Assembly: GCA_963772255.1 (NCBI GenBank)
Contig: CAVYWK010000022.1
Location: 242,525 to 306,524, forward strand
Length of the DNA stretch: 64,000 nt
From: an uncultured Acidobacteriota bacterium
GTDB taxonomy: Bacteria > Acidobacteriota > UBA4820 > DSQY01
Direction: 5' to 3'
In this document: positions 17,635 to 31,666 of the stretch, piece after piece
How positions within the stretch are numbered: position 1 is the stretch's first letter
Layout of the letters: the number at the start of each line of letters is the position of its first letter
Position numbers and translations under genes: made by a program
Notes under the pieces: generated by a model
Database searches by the model: none
Seen by the model: the letters and a program-made list of their open reading frames with translations, nothing else
Told to the model about the DNA's origin: nothing

Positions 17635-17830
17635 GGTTTCCCAATGATTGTGGAAAGGGTCCTGTGCATGATCTGTGGAAAACCCACTCCTTCGTGGCCT
17701 GGCCGGTTTCCACACAGGAGACATGTGGATTGTCCACACAGTTTTAGTCGAGTTTTTTGCGTGCCCGGCCAAGGCCGTTTGGCACATTTCCACACTTCCA
17801 CAGGCCCTACTGGCTCTACTGGTTAAGAGG
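17635..17830. other. oriC: DnaA-box cluster with DnaA-trio-like element
   Basis: About nine box-like 9-mers at 17649, 17663, 17674, 17706, 17724, 17730, 17778, 17786 and 17794. T-rich patch at 17741-59. The last box is followed by GGCC-CTACTGGCTCTACTGG. Confidence 0.85.
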
Positions 17831-17840
17831 AGAGGCTTCT

Positions 17841-18964
17841 ATGAATATTCGTGTAGACGCTAAAGCGCTGCAGACCGAGTTGAGCCTGGCCCTGGGCATC
17901 GTGGAAACCAAGGCCACCATTCCGATCCTTTCCAACCTTCTCATCCGGGCGGAGGGCGACCACCTCGAACTCGCCGCCACGGACCTGGAGGTCACGCTCA
18001 AAACGCGATGTCCCGCAGAGGTGACCCAAGCAGGTGCCATCACTGTTCCGGCTAAAACCTTCGGCCCCATCGTGAAGGCCTTCGCCGGCCAGGATGCGCC
18101 GCTGGCCATTCACTCCACGCCTGAGAACAAGCTCTTCATCCAACCCGAGGGCGGAAAACAGGAGTACCTGTTGCACACCCTTCCGGAAGAGGACTATCCG
18201 ACCCTCCTTCAGGCGGCCGATGCCGAGTCTCTCACGGTGCCTTCCGAAGCTCTCAGGCGCTGTGTCCAGGAAGCTCTGGTTTCCGTGGGAACGGACGACA
18301 ACCGCTACTCCATCCGGGGTGCGCTCATGATCCTGGAGCCCGAGGGCCTCACGGTGGTATCCACGGATTCGCACCGGCTCACATTTACGCAGTGGAGCGG
18401 ATCCCTAGACGTCCAGGCCAGCCGACGGGCGCTTGTGCCGCGGAAGACACTTTTGGAGTTTCTCAAACTGGAGAGCGGCGGCGAGGTCAAACTCTCCTTC
18501 AAAGATAACCATATCTTTATGGAATTGGGTAGCCGGCTCTTGTACAGCCGGCTCTTGGACTCGTCTTTCCCAGCTTATGAGCGCGTCTTGCCCGCCGATT
18601 CGGACAAGAGGGCCCTGGTCAACCGAGCCTCGTTCCTGGAGCGCTTGAAGCGCGTGGGTATGGTCGCCGAGACGAAGACACGCGCCGTGACCCTCCTGTT
18701 CAGCCCGGGCGGGACCGTCGAGATGGTGGTCCGGAACCAGGAGACCGGGGACGAGGGGCGCGAGTACTTGGTTTGTGAGAGCTATGAAGGTGAGGCCGTG
18801 ACGATCTGTTTCAATGTGGACTTCCTCATCGAGTTTCTCTCGGTGAGTTCGGCGGAGCAGGTGAGCCTGGGCATGCGAGATCCCGGTGCTCAAACGGTGT
18901 TCCAACCGGTCCGCCCCGAGTCGGAGGGGATCCATAAATACGTGGTCATGCCCTTGAGGTTGGA

Positions 18965-18968
<4 letters not shown>
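17841..18968 (+). CDS. dnaN: DNA polymerase III beta clamp
   Basis: TIPILSN, AATDLE, STDSHRL, FPAYERV, FNVDF and YVVMPLRL. RBS gaggagagg. Confidence 0.97.
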
Positions 18969-22445
<3,477 letters not shown>

Positions 22446-22549
22446 GCGGTAGCGGGGAGCAGGAAGCGGGGAGCGGGTGAGGATTCCCCACGGCTCCCAG
22501 CTCACCGCTCCCGGCTCCCGAACGAAGGAAAGCCCTCAGAGGAAGAAAA

Positions 22550-25054
22550 ATGACTGAACCCCACCTGTTCGACCGCCCGGTGCCGGTGCACCTGGAGGAG
22601 GAGCTCAAGAAGAGTTACCTCGACTACGCCATGAGCGTCATCATCGGGCGCGCCTTGCCCGACGTGCGGGACGGACTCAAACCCGTGCACCGGCGGATCC
22701 TCTACGGCATGTACCTGGGCGGGAACCACTGGAACCGCGCCTACAAGAAATCGGCCCGCATCGTGGGCGATGTCATGGGCAAATTCCACCCCCACGGCGA
22801 CGCCGCCATATACGACTCCATCGTGAGGATGGCCCAGGACTTTTCCATGCGGCACCCACTCGTGGACGGCCAGGGCAATTTCGGTTCCATCGACGGGGAC
22901 GCGGCGGCCGCCATGCGGTACACCGAGATCCGGATGACCAAGCTCGCCCACCAGATGCTCGCCGACATCGAGAAGGACACGGTGGAATTCGTCCCCAACT
23001 ACGACGGGGAGGAGACGGAGCCCTCGGTGCTGCCCACGCTCGTTCCGAACCTGCTCGTGAACGGTTCGGCGGGCATCGCCGTGGGTATGGCCACCAACAT
23101 TCCGCCCCACAACCTCGGCGAAGTGTGCGACGCCGTGGTGGCGACGGTTGAGAACCCGGAGATCGGCAACGCCGAGCTCATGCGTCTCGTGCCCGGTCCC
23201 GACTTCCCCACCGCGGGGTTCGTCCTGGGGCGCGAGGGGATCCGTCAGGCCTATGAGACCGGCAAGGGTCTGGTGCGCGTGCGGGCCCGGGCCCACATCG
23301 AGGAGTACAGGAAGGACCGGGAGGCCATCATCATCACGGAGGTGCCCTTCCAGGTCAACAAGGCGAACCTCATCACCAAAATCGCCGAACTGGTGCGGGA
23401 GAAGCGCATTTCGGGCATCACGGATATCCGGGACGAGTCGAGCCGCGAGGGGATCCGCGTGGTGCTGGAGCTGGGCCGGGGCGAGATCCCGGACATCATC
23501 CTCAAGTCCCTCTACAAGTTCACCGAAATGGAGACCACTTTCGGCGTTCAGCTTCTGGCCATTTCCAATAACCAGCCGAGGCTCTTCACGCTCAAGGGCA
23601 TCATCGAGTCGTTCATCGAGCACCGGAAGGAGACCATCGTCCGGAGGACGCGCTTCGACCTGGCGCGCGCCAAGGAGCGGGCCCACATTTTAGAAGGCCT
23701 GGCCACGGCTCTGGACCACCTGGACGAGGTCATCGCACTCATCCGCGCCGCCAAGACCCCCGACGACGCCCGTGCCGGCCTCATGGAGCAATTCCGGCTC
23801 AGCGAGCTGCAGGCCAAGGCCATCCTGGACATGCGCCTCCAGCGCCTCACGGGCTTGGAGCGGGACAAGATCCTCCAGGAATACCGTGAAATCCTCCTGC
23901 GAATTCAGGAGTTGAGCGAAATCCTGGGAAGCGAGGCGAGGGTTAATGCCATCCTCTGCGAGGAGACCAAGGCCCAGAAGGCGGAGTTCGCCACGCCCCG
24001 CCGGACGCAATTCCTGGAGGCCGTGGGCGACATCACCATGGAGGAGCTCATCCCCGACGAGGAGATGGTCGTTACGGTATCCCACACGGGCTACATCAAA
24101 CGAACCTCCCTCACCGAGTTCCGCTCCCAGCACCGGGGGGGTAAGGGCAAATCGGGCATGGGCACGAGGGACGACGATTTCGTGGAGCGCCTCTTCATCG
24201 CCACGAACCACGAGACGTTCCTGTACTTCACCAACAAGGGGAAAGTCTACGCCCTGAAGGTCTACGAGATTCCCGAGGCCTCCCCCACGGCCAAGGGGCG
24301 GGCGTTGGTGAACCTGCTCAGCCTGGAGGAGGGGGAAAAGATCCTGGGGATGCTCTCCACGCGGGGATGCTTCGACGAAGGGCACTTCCTGGTCATGTCC
24401 ACACGCGAGGGGCTGATCAAGAGAACCGTCATGACCGAATTCGCCTCCATCCGGACCAACGGAAAGATCGCCATCACGTTCCAGGAAGGCGACGAACTGG
24501 TGGGCGCGGGCGTGAGCTGCGGTTCGGACCACCTCTTCCTCGCCACGCGAAACGGTCATTGCATCACCTTCGCGGAGGACGATGTGCGCTCCACCGGGCG
24601 GACGAGCATGGGGGTCATCGGCATCCGCCTGCGAGCGGGCGACCGCGTCGTCGAGATGGAGATCCTGCGGGGCGCGGTGGTGGAATCCTCCGACGAGGAG
24701 GGCCAGGGCAAGGCCGTGGCCATGGAGGGCGACATTCTCACCGTCACCGAACGCGGCTACGCCAAGCGGACGCCCCTCGGCCACTACCGCATCCAGGGCC
24801 GGGGCGGCTACGGCGTCATCAACATCCAGGTGACGGCCAAGAACGGCCCCGTGGTGGGTGGCCTGCACGCCCACGACAAGGACGAGATCGTGGTCATCAC
24901 CGCGGGTGGGCAGATCCTGAGAACCCCCGTGAAGGGCATCTCCCGCGTCGGGCGCCGAACGCAAGGTTACAAGCTGATCACCCCGACGGCCGGCGACCCC
25001 GTGGCCGCCATCGCGCATGTCGTGGCGGAAGAGGCCGAGGGCGAGAGCGCGTGA
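22550..25054 (+). CDS. gyrA: DNA gyrase subunit A
   Basis: [21 protein letters not shown] and GyrA-box QHRGGKG (distinguishes it from ParC). Confidence 0.98.
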   Translation: MTEPHLFDRPVPVHLEEELKKSYLDYAMSVIIGRALPDVRDGLKPVHRRILYGMYLGGNHWNRAYKKSARIVGDVMGKFHPHGDAAIYDSIVRMAQDFSMRHPLVDGQGNFGSIDGDAAAAMRYTEIRMTKLAHQMLADIEKDTVEFVPNYDGEETEPSVLPTLVPNLLVNGSAGIAVGMATNIPPHNLGEVCDAVVATVENPEIGNAELMRLVPGPDFPTAGFVLGREGIRQAYETGKGLVRVRARAHIEEYRKDREAIIITEVPFQVNKANLITKIAELVREKRISGITDIRDESSREGIRVVLELGRGEIPDIILKSLYKFTEMETTFGVQLLAISNNQPRLFTLKGIIESFIEHRKETIVRRTRFDLARAKERAHILEGLATALDHLDEVIALIRAAKTPDDARAGLMEQFRLSELQAKAILDMRLQRLTGLERDKILQEYREILLRIQELSEILGSEARVNAILCEETKAQKAEFATPRRTQFLEAVGDITMEELIPDEEMVVTVSHTGYIKRTSLTEFRSQHRGGKGKSGMGTRDDDFVERLFIATNHETFLYFTNKGKVYALKVYEIPEASPTAKGRALVNLLSLEEGEKILGMLSTRGCFDEGHFLVMSTREGLIKRTVMTEFASIRTNGKIAITFQEGDELVGAGVSCGSDHLFLATRNGHCITFAEDDVRSTGRTSMGVIGIRLRAGDRVVEMEILRGAVVESSDEEGQGKAVAMEGDILTVTERGYAKRTPLGHYRIQGRGGYGVINIQVTAKNGPVVGGLHAHDKDEIVVITAGGQILRTPVKGISRVGRRTQGYKLITPTAGDPVAAIAHVVAEEAEGESA

Positions 25055-25196
25055 GTGGCATCTGGGGGGGCGCCTGGTTCTGCGGGTGGCCCCCTGAGCG
25101 GATTCACCCGACTTTCCCAGTGCCCGCCGCCGCCGCTGGAAATGTCTTCGCTTGCGATGTATACTCCCTCTAGATCTTATTTGAGGGAGAACGGTC

Positions 25197-25862
25197 ATGA
25201 CCGATGGACCCCCGGGAACGGGTTTCTATATGGTCCGTTGCCACAGGTGCCTTGAGGAATTCAACGCCATGGAGAGCTCCTGGTGCTCCTGCCTGGCCGT
25301 GTCCCCCACCCTGGTCTGCCCGCACTGTCTGCAGTGCAGTTGTCAGGCGCCGCACGCCTACAAGACGGCGTTCTGGGCCGCTGCGCCGCCGGAACTGTTC
25401 CGCAAGCGCCAGGAACTCAAGCACCGCAAAAACGCCACCTCCGAAACCGGTAGCCCCACCGAGCCGCCCGATCATCCTTTCGTGCTCGTGGTGGAAGATG
25501 AGGCGGATCTGAGAGAGTTGGCCAGCGAATTGCTGCGGGAACTCGGTTACCCCGTGGTGGTGGCGGCCAACGGGGAACAAGGGTATCTTCTGGCCACGAC
25601 GCTCAAGCCGGACCTGGTCCTCTCCGACGCCGTGCTTCCCCGCATGGACGGACGGGAGATGTGCCTGCGGATCAAGCACAACCCGGAAACGCGAGAGATC
25701 CCCGTGGTCATCATGTCCGGAATCTTTACCAGGGAAACGCACAAGACGGAAGCCCTCAAAACGTTTCGGGCCAACGCATTCCTTCGCAAGCCGGTGAGCC
25801 TTAAGGAACTGAGCGACGTCTGCCGCCAGCTCATGGGCCCGGCTCCCCGGCCGCCAGCTTAG
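25197..25862 (+). CDS. Response regulator receiver with N-terminal 8-Cys module
   Basis: VVEDE, phosphoacceptor [14 protein letters not shown] and RKP. N-terminus has CHRC, WCSC, CPHC and QCSC. Confidence 0.85.
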   Translation: MTDGPPGTGFYMVRCHRCLEEFNAMESSWCSCLAVSPTLVCPHCLQCSCQAPHAYKTAFWAAAPPELFRKRQELKHRKNATSETGSPTEPPDHPFVLVVEDEADLRELASELLRELGYPVVVAANGEQGYLLATTLKPDLVLSDAVLPRMDGREMCLRIKHNPETREIPVVIMSGIFTRETHKTEALKTFRANAFLRKPVSLKELSDVCRQLMGPAPRPPA

Positions 25863-25886
25863 GGAGACGGTGCGGAAAGATCCGAG

Positions 25887-25920
25887 AAGAAAGGGCCCCG
25901 GTTCCCCGGGGCCCTTTCTT
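25887..25920. terminator. Bidirectional intrinsic terminator
   Basis: Perfect 15-bp inverted repeat AAGAAAGGGCCCCGG-TTCC-CCGGGGCCCTTTCTT between convergent genes. Confidence 0.85.
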
Positions 25921-25936
25921 GCTTCATGCGAGTTTC

Positions 25937-26552
<616 letters not shown>

Positions 26553-26709
26553 GGGTTCCTCCGGATCGTATCTTGCTAGTGGTCCTTCCCTGCCCAGGTC
26601 CGGGAAAGCGTCCCGGAAAAAGGCCGGAAGGGGGCCCAGCCACGAGCGGCCGGCCACGGGAAGTCAAAACCCTTGGCAGCGAAGGTTTATTGCGCCGGGG
26701 GTGAGGTGG

Positions 26710-27486
26710 TTACTTGAAAAGCTCCTGCAAAAAATCCCTCATGGCCGTCCATGAGCGGGCATCGGCCCTGGCGTCATAGGCGGCTCCACGCCGGGGGTCC
26801 GATCCCGCGCCGGGGTTCGTGAAGGCGTGGACCGCGCCCCCGTAATAGATCATCTGCCAGTCCACCCCGGCCTTCCGCATCTCGTCCTGAAAGGCGGCCA
26901 CGTCCGCGGGAGGATTGAAGGGGTCGTCGGCCCCGTGGAGCACGAGCACCCGGCCCTTGATGGCCTTGGCGTCCTCGGGGTGGAGACTGTCGAGACCGCC
27001 GTGGAAGCTCACCACGCCCGCCACGTCCGCACCGCTGCGGGCCAACTCGATGACGCCCGTGCCCCCGAAGCAGTAACCGATGGCGGCGACCTTGGATCCG
27101 TCCACGTGAACATCTTTCCTGAGCTGGGCCAGCGCCAAGGCGAGCCGCTTCCGGAAAAGTGCGCGGTCGCCCTTGTACAGGCCGGCCAGCTTCCCGGCCT
27201 CCTCCGGGGTCGAGGGCCGGATCCCCTTGCCGTAAATGTCCGCGGCAAACGCCACGTATCCCAGGCCGGCGAGCATGTCACAGCGCCGACGCGTCTCCGG
27301 GCTCACGCCCATCCAATCGTGGACCACCAGGACTCCGGGTCTCCGGGAGGAGAGGGCCTCGTCGTAGGCGATGTACCCCTCAAAGGAGAGGGCCCCGTCC
27401 TTGTAATCCACCGCATGCCCGACGACCTTGGCCTGGACCGAGGCCGAGAGGACCAAAAACACGAAAGCTACGAGCGCACCTTTCAT
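26710..27486 (-). CDS. Dienelactone hydrolase family protein with signal peptide
   Basis: HDWMG, GYCFGG, SFHGGL, HGADD and HAFTN. RBS ggagg precedes ATG 27486. Confidence 0.92.
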   Translation of the reverse strand: MKGALVAFVFLVLSASVQAKVVGHAVDYKDGALSFEGYIAYDEALSSRRPGVLVVHDWMGVSPETRRRCDMLAGLGYVAFAADIYGKGIRPSTPEEAGKLAGLYKGDRALFRKRLALALAQLRKDVHVDGSKVAAIGYCFGGTGVIELARSGADVAGVVSFHGGLDSLHPEDAKAIKGRVLVLHGADDPFNPPADVAAFQDEMRKAGVDWQMIYYGGAVHAFTNPGAGSDPRRGAAYDARADARSWTAMRDFLQELFK

Positions 27487-27586
27487 GAAAACCTCCAAGA
27501 AAAGCTAAACAACGGAATCGCCTTCCTTCATCCGGCCGGTGGTGTACACTGCCCCTCCGCACGCCGGGGCGCGCAGGGGGTGGGAC

Positions 27587-28153
27587 ATGGGAACCTGGGA
27601 ACTGATGGCCCTGGCCGTGGCGCTGGCCATGGATGCGTTTGCGGTGGCCGTGGCCACGGGCGTCACCCTCCGCCGGGTCTCGGGACGCCAGACCTTCCGC
27701 CTCGCCTACCATTTCGGTCTGTTTCAGGCCCTCATGCCCGTCCTGGGCTGGGCCGCGGGCCGCACGTTCTCCAAGGCCATGGAGGCCTTCGACCACTGGG
27801 CCGCCTTCGGGCTCCTGTTCTTGGTGGGAGGGCACATGATCTGGGAGGCCGTCCGGAGGGGCGAGGAGCGCGAGGCCCGGGACCCTACCCGCGGGGCGAC
27901 GCTCGTGGTGCTCTCGCTGGCCACCAGCATGGACGCCCTGGCCGTGGGCCTGAGCTTGTCCTTCCTCGGCGTGTCCATTCTTTGGCCGGCGTGCATCATC
28001 GGCCTGGTCTGCGCCGCGTTCACCGCCGGCGGGCTTCATCTGGGGCGGCTGGCGGGTGCCGCGACCCGGCTGGGCCGAGCCGCAGAGGTTCTCGGGGGAG
28101 TCGTCCTGATCGCCATCGGAGCCAAAATTCTATCCCAGCACGGCGTCTTCTGA
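27587..28153 (+). CDS. mntP: Manganese efflux pump MntP family
   Basis: ALAMDAFAVA, FQALMP, DHWAAF, ATSMDALAVG and GGVVLIAIG. Confidence 0.9.
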   Translation: MGTWELMALAVALAMDAFAVAVATGVTLRRVSGRQTFRLAYHFGLFQALMPVLGWAAGRTFSKAMEAFDHWAAFGLLFLVGGHMIWEAVRRGEEREARDPTRGATLVVLSLATSMDALAVGLSLSFLGVSILWPACIIGLVCAAFTAGGLHLGRLAGAATRLGRAAEVLGGVVLIAIGAKILSQHGVF

Positions 28154-28191
28154 GGAGGGACCCCGGCAGGGCATGCCGTACCGCCGAACCC

Positions 28192-28527
28192 TCAGCGTTT
28201 GTGGGGCCTGGGGTAGGCCTTGAGCGCCCAGAGGAGTTCGCGTGCCTCCCCCTGGAGGGAGGCGGAGAGCTTGTCGCCGGCATCCAGGCTGAGGATGGCC
28301 TCCTGGAAGGCGGCCAACCGGCATGGATTCTGGAGCGGGTGGGGGGCCGGGATTCCCCAGTCGCAGGCGGCGCACGACTCGTCACATCCGATGGCCCGGA
28401 GGGCCTCGGGCAAGTTCATCTGGCGCATGTGGTCCTGGAGGGAGCCCAGAGAGCTGAGTTTCTTCGTGTGGACGCACTCCTCCAGGAGCGAGGCCACTTC
28501 CTTGAGCCATTCCTGCGTGGACTTCAC
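28192..28527 (-). CDS. Hypothetical 111-aa protein with Cx3Cx2C-x13-C (paralogue of 37489-37824)
   Basis: RBS gggagg + GTG. Aligns without gaps to the second copy. Confidence 0.8.
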   Translation of the reverse strand: MKSTQEWLKEVASLLEECVHTKKLSSLGSLQDHMRQMNLPEALRAIGCDESCAACDWGIPAPHPLQNPCRLAAFQEAILSLDAGDKLSASLQGEARELLWALKAYPRPHKR

Positions 28528-28605
28528 GGCGGATCCTCCCCTTCAGGCCATCAGTTTGCCTCAAGGCAGGCCAGGCTGACAAGGTCCCGGGTCGCGGTCC
28601 GCCCC

Positions 28606-28634
28606 TTGACAGGGGGACGAGGCCACATTAGCGT
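28606..28634 (+). promoter_or_regulatory. Putative sigma70 promoter for amrS
   Basis: TTGACA-17 nt-TAGCGT. Confidence 0.5.
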
Positions 28635-28651
28635 CCAACCAGGGGGACGGC

Positions 28652-29899
28652 ATGAAGGAGAAGGACCTCTCCCGGCGAGGGTTCCTGGGGATGGCCGCAC
28701 GGTACGGGTCCGTCCTGGGGGGGGTGGGTGCGCTCCTTTCCAGCCCCGAGTTGCTCCGGCTCCTGGGGTGCGACCCCCTGGATCCGTCCGCGGAGCCCGT
28801 CGACGACATCATCCGGCGGTCTCCTGTGGCAAGGTACTGGACATCGCCCGCAACCCTCGCCCCCGACTGCGGGGCCTGTCATTCTGCGGCGGAACTGGCC
28901 AAGGGCTCCAGGCACACCCACAAGACCCGCGCGGTGAAGTGCCTCCTCTGCGCCCACGGCTGCCTCATCGCCGAGGGGGAACGCGGGCGGTGCCGCGCGC
29001 GCATGAACCTCCGGGGGGAACTGCGCTCCCTGGTCTACGGGCGACCCATGGCCGAGCACGTGGACCCCATCGAGAAGAAGCCGTTCTACCACTTTCTACC
29101 CGGCGCGCAGGCGTACTCCCTGGCCACGTCGGGGTGCCCGCTGCGCTGCAAATTTTGCCAGAACTGGGTCATCAGCCAGGCCCGGCCCGAGGACTACGAC
29201 GCGCCGTTCTGTCCCGCCCCGGCCATGGCGAACCGGGCCAGGGGCCGCGGTGCGCCCGTGCTGGCCTTCACCTACAACGAGCCCACGGTGTTTATCGAGT
29301 ACCTCACGGACATCGCCCGAGCCGCGAGGCCACAGGGGTTGCGGTCGGTGCTCATCTCCTGCGGTTTCATGAACGAGGGACCGCTCAAGGAGATGACCGG
29401 CGTGCTCGATGCCATCAAGATCGACCTGAAGGGATTCTCCCCCAAGTTCTACAGGGAGGTTTGCGGCGCCGAGCTGGCCCCCGTCCTTCGGAGCATCAAG
29501 CAGGTCGCACGGTCGGGCTGCCACCTGGAGATCGTCAACCTCGTGGTGCCCACGCTCAACGACTCGGACACGATGATGACCGAACTGATCAAGTGGATCG
29601 CCGGCGAAACGGGCCCCGACACCCCCGTGCACTTCACGCGCTTCCACCCCGACTACCAGCTCATGAATCTTCCCCCCACGCCCGTGGCCACGCTGGAGAG
29701 GGCCCGAGATGCGGCCATGGGAGCGGGACTGCACTATGCCTACGTGGGCAACGTGCCGGGTCACCCCGGGAACCATACCTACTGCCCCAAGTGCAACATG
29801 GCGGTCATCGAGCGCTCGGGGATGTTTGTCACCGCCATGAGACTCAAGGGCGGGGCCTGTCCCGCGTGCGGTACCAAGATTCCCGGAGTCTGGGTCTAG
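28652..29899 (+). CDS. amrS: AmmeMemoRadiSam radical SAM enzyme with twin-arginine leader
   Basis: SRRGFLG leader, CLLCAHGC..RC, DPIEKKPFYHF, GCPLRCKFCQN, TYNEP, HFTRFHPDY and YVGNV. Confidence 0.92.
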   Translation: MKEKDLSRRGFLGMAARYGSVLGGVGALLSSPELLRLLGCDPLDPSAEPVDDIIRRSPVARYWTSPATLAPDCGACHSAAELAKGSRHTHKTRAVKCLLCAHGCLIAEGERGRCRARMNLRGELRSLVYGRPMAEHVDPIEKKPFYHFLPGAQAYSLATSGCPLRCKFCQNWVISQARPEDYDAPFCPAPAMANRARGRGAPVLAFTYNEPTVFIEYLTDIARAARPQGLRSVLISCGFMNEGPLKEMTGVLDAIKIDLKGFSPKFYREVCGAELAPVLRSIKQVARSGCHLEIVNLVVPTLNDSDTMMTELIKWIAGETGPDTPVHFTRFHPDYQLMNLPPTPVATLERARDAAMGAGLHYAYVGNVPGHPGNHTYCPKCNMAVIERSGMFVTAMRLKGGACPACGTKIPGVWV

Positions 29900-30001
29900 C
29901 GGTCACCGCCAGGGCACCGGACGCGAAGAGATCCACTCGGTCTACCGGACAAAAGGCGGGGAACCGGGCACGAAGCGAAAGAGGCAGATGAGGAGAACCT
30001 C

Positions 30002-31555
30002 ATGAAAAGGCTCTTGATGCCTGGCAAGACCACCTTCGCCTCCGCGCTTCTGGTCACCATGGTGTCTGGGTGGTTCATCTTATCTCCGTCGGATGTCGCG
30101 TCGGAGCCGGTGGACGCCATCGTGCGGCCGCCGGCGGTGGCGGGCAAGTTCTACCCCCAGGACGGGAAAAAACTCCGGTCCGCCGTGGAGGCGTATCTCG
30201 CCGATGCTCTGCCGCCCAAGGGCGAGCAACCCCTGGCCCTGGTGGCGCCCCATGCGGGATACATCTATTCGGGCCAAGTTGCGGCGGATGCCTTCAAGCA
30301 GGCGGCCGGGTATGAGATCGACCTGGTGGTCATCCTCGGGACGAACCACACCGTGCCGCCCTTCGATTCGGTCTCCGTCTTTCAAGGACGAGGCTACGCA
30401 ACCCCGCTTGGCGTGGCGATGACGGACCAGCCGGTGGCCCAGGCGCTCCTGGCGAGCGGGTTCGTCTACAGCCCCGAGGCCCACGCGGCGGAGCATTCGG
30501 AAGAGGTCCAGGTGCCCTTCGTTCAGGTGCTGTTCCCGAAAGCGAAAATCGTGACGGCCATCGTGGGGCGGCAAGACCTGACCCTGGCCACACGGTTCGG
30601 TCAGGCGCTGGCGAGGGTGATCAAGGGTCGAAAGGCGCTCGTCGTGGCGTCTTCGGATCTTTCCCACTATCCGCCCTACGATGAGGCGGCGGCGGCGGAC
30701 AGGGCCACCCTGATGGCGGTGGCGTCTCTGGACCCCAAGGCCGCCGCGGAATCCATCGCTCGGCAGATGAGAACCGGCCGCCCCGGGCTGGAGACCTGCG
30801 CCTGCGGCGAGGGCGCGATCCTCGCGGCCATGGTGGCGGCCAAGGCCATGGGCGCCACCCGGGGCACGGTTCTGAGCTACGCAAATTCCGGTGATACGGC
30901 CATCGGCGAGCGCGACCGCGTGGTGGGCTACGGGGCGGTGGTCTTCACCGCGGGCCCCGGAGGGACCGACACGGCTGCACTGGATGTGCCGCGGGTCGAC
31001 CGCGATGCCCAGCTCTCCGAGGCCGACAAACTGGTCCTGCTGAAGATCGCGCGCTCCACCGTGGAGCGGTATCTCACCACGGGTACGCTCCCCCTCCCCA
31101 GGGCCTCGACCCCCGCACTCCGGGCGAAGCAGGGGGCGTTTGTCACCCTCAAGAAGCACGGCGATCTCCGGGGTTGCATCGGTCACATGGCGGAGGACAC
31201 GCCCCTGGCCCAGGTCGTCTCTCGCATGGCCCTCGCGGCGGCCTTCGAGGACACGCGGTTTCCGCCCGTGCGCTCCGAAGAGCTCGCCTCTTTGGAGGTG
31301 GAGATCTCGGTCCTCACCCCGCTGTCCCCCGTTCCGGGGCCGGGCGCCGTGGTGGTGGGGCGAGACGGCGTGGTGGTTCGAAAGGCGGGGCGCAGTGCGG
31401 TGTTCCTGCCGCAAGTGGCACCCGAGCAGGGCTGGAGCCGGGACGAGCTTCTCGACCACCTCTGCGAGAAGGCGGGCCTGCCCCGCGACTGCTGGCGCGG
31501 GGGCTGTGAGCTCCTCACGTTCCGCGCCATCGTTTTCGAGGAGAAGAAGAAATAA
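30002..31555 (+). CDS. amrBA: AmmeMemoRadiSam protein B (MEMO1-like) - protein A (AMMECR1-like) fusion with N-terminal signal/anchor
   Basis: RPPAVAGKFYP, PHAGYIYSG, EHSEEVQ, SSDLSHY and CG for MEMO. GAFVTL..LRGCIG, DTRF, EISVL and FLPQV for AMMECR1. Confidence 0.92.
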   Translation: MKRLLMPGKTTFASALLVTMVSGWFILSPSDVASEPVDAIVRPPAVAGKFYPQDGKKLRSAVEAYLADALPPKGEQPLALVAPHAGYIYSGQVAADAFKQAAGYEIDLVVILGTNHTVPPFDSVSVFQGRGYATPLGVAMTDQPVAQALLASGFVYSPEAHAAEHSEEVQVPFVQVLFPKAKIVTAIVGRQDLTLATRFGQALARVIKGRKALVVASSDLSHYPPYDEAAAADRATLMAVASLDPKAAAESIARQMRTGRPGLETCACGEGAILAAMVAAKAMGATRGTVLSYANSGDTAIGERDRVVGYGAVVFTAGPGGTDTAALDVPRVDRDAQLSEADKLVLLKIARSTVERYLTTGTLPLPRASTPALRAKQGAFVTLKKHGDLRGCIGHMAEDTPLAQVVSRMALAAAFEDTRFPPVRSEELASLEVEISVLTPLSPVPGPGAVVVGRDGVVVRKAGRSAVFLPQVAPEQGWSRDELLDHLCEKAGLPRDCWRGGCELLTFRAIVFEEKKK

Positions 31556-31666
31556 GACATCACATCCGAGGCCGAAAGAACTCCAGGGAGGAACCGGACA
31601 TCCTCAAGGAGAACAGATTCCCATCCTGGCGCGCGCGGTGAGGTTTCTTTTCTCGGGTGGCGGACG

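Noticed and set aside
25164-25189. CTCCCTC/GAGGGAG hairpin covering the response-regulator RBS
   Set aside because: The left arm overlaps the putative -10 (TATACT 25160-65), so it would form only in gyrA read-through RNA. Too speculative.
27487-27586. yybP-ykoY Mn riboswitch before mntP
   Set aside because: Expected from context, but I could not see the conserved motifs and the space is short.
28192-28527. Calling the 111-aa paralogues radical SAM enzymes
   Set aside because: The Cx3Cx2C spacing matches, but there is no room for the TIM-barrel core or SAM-binding motifs.
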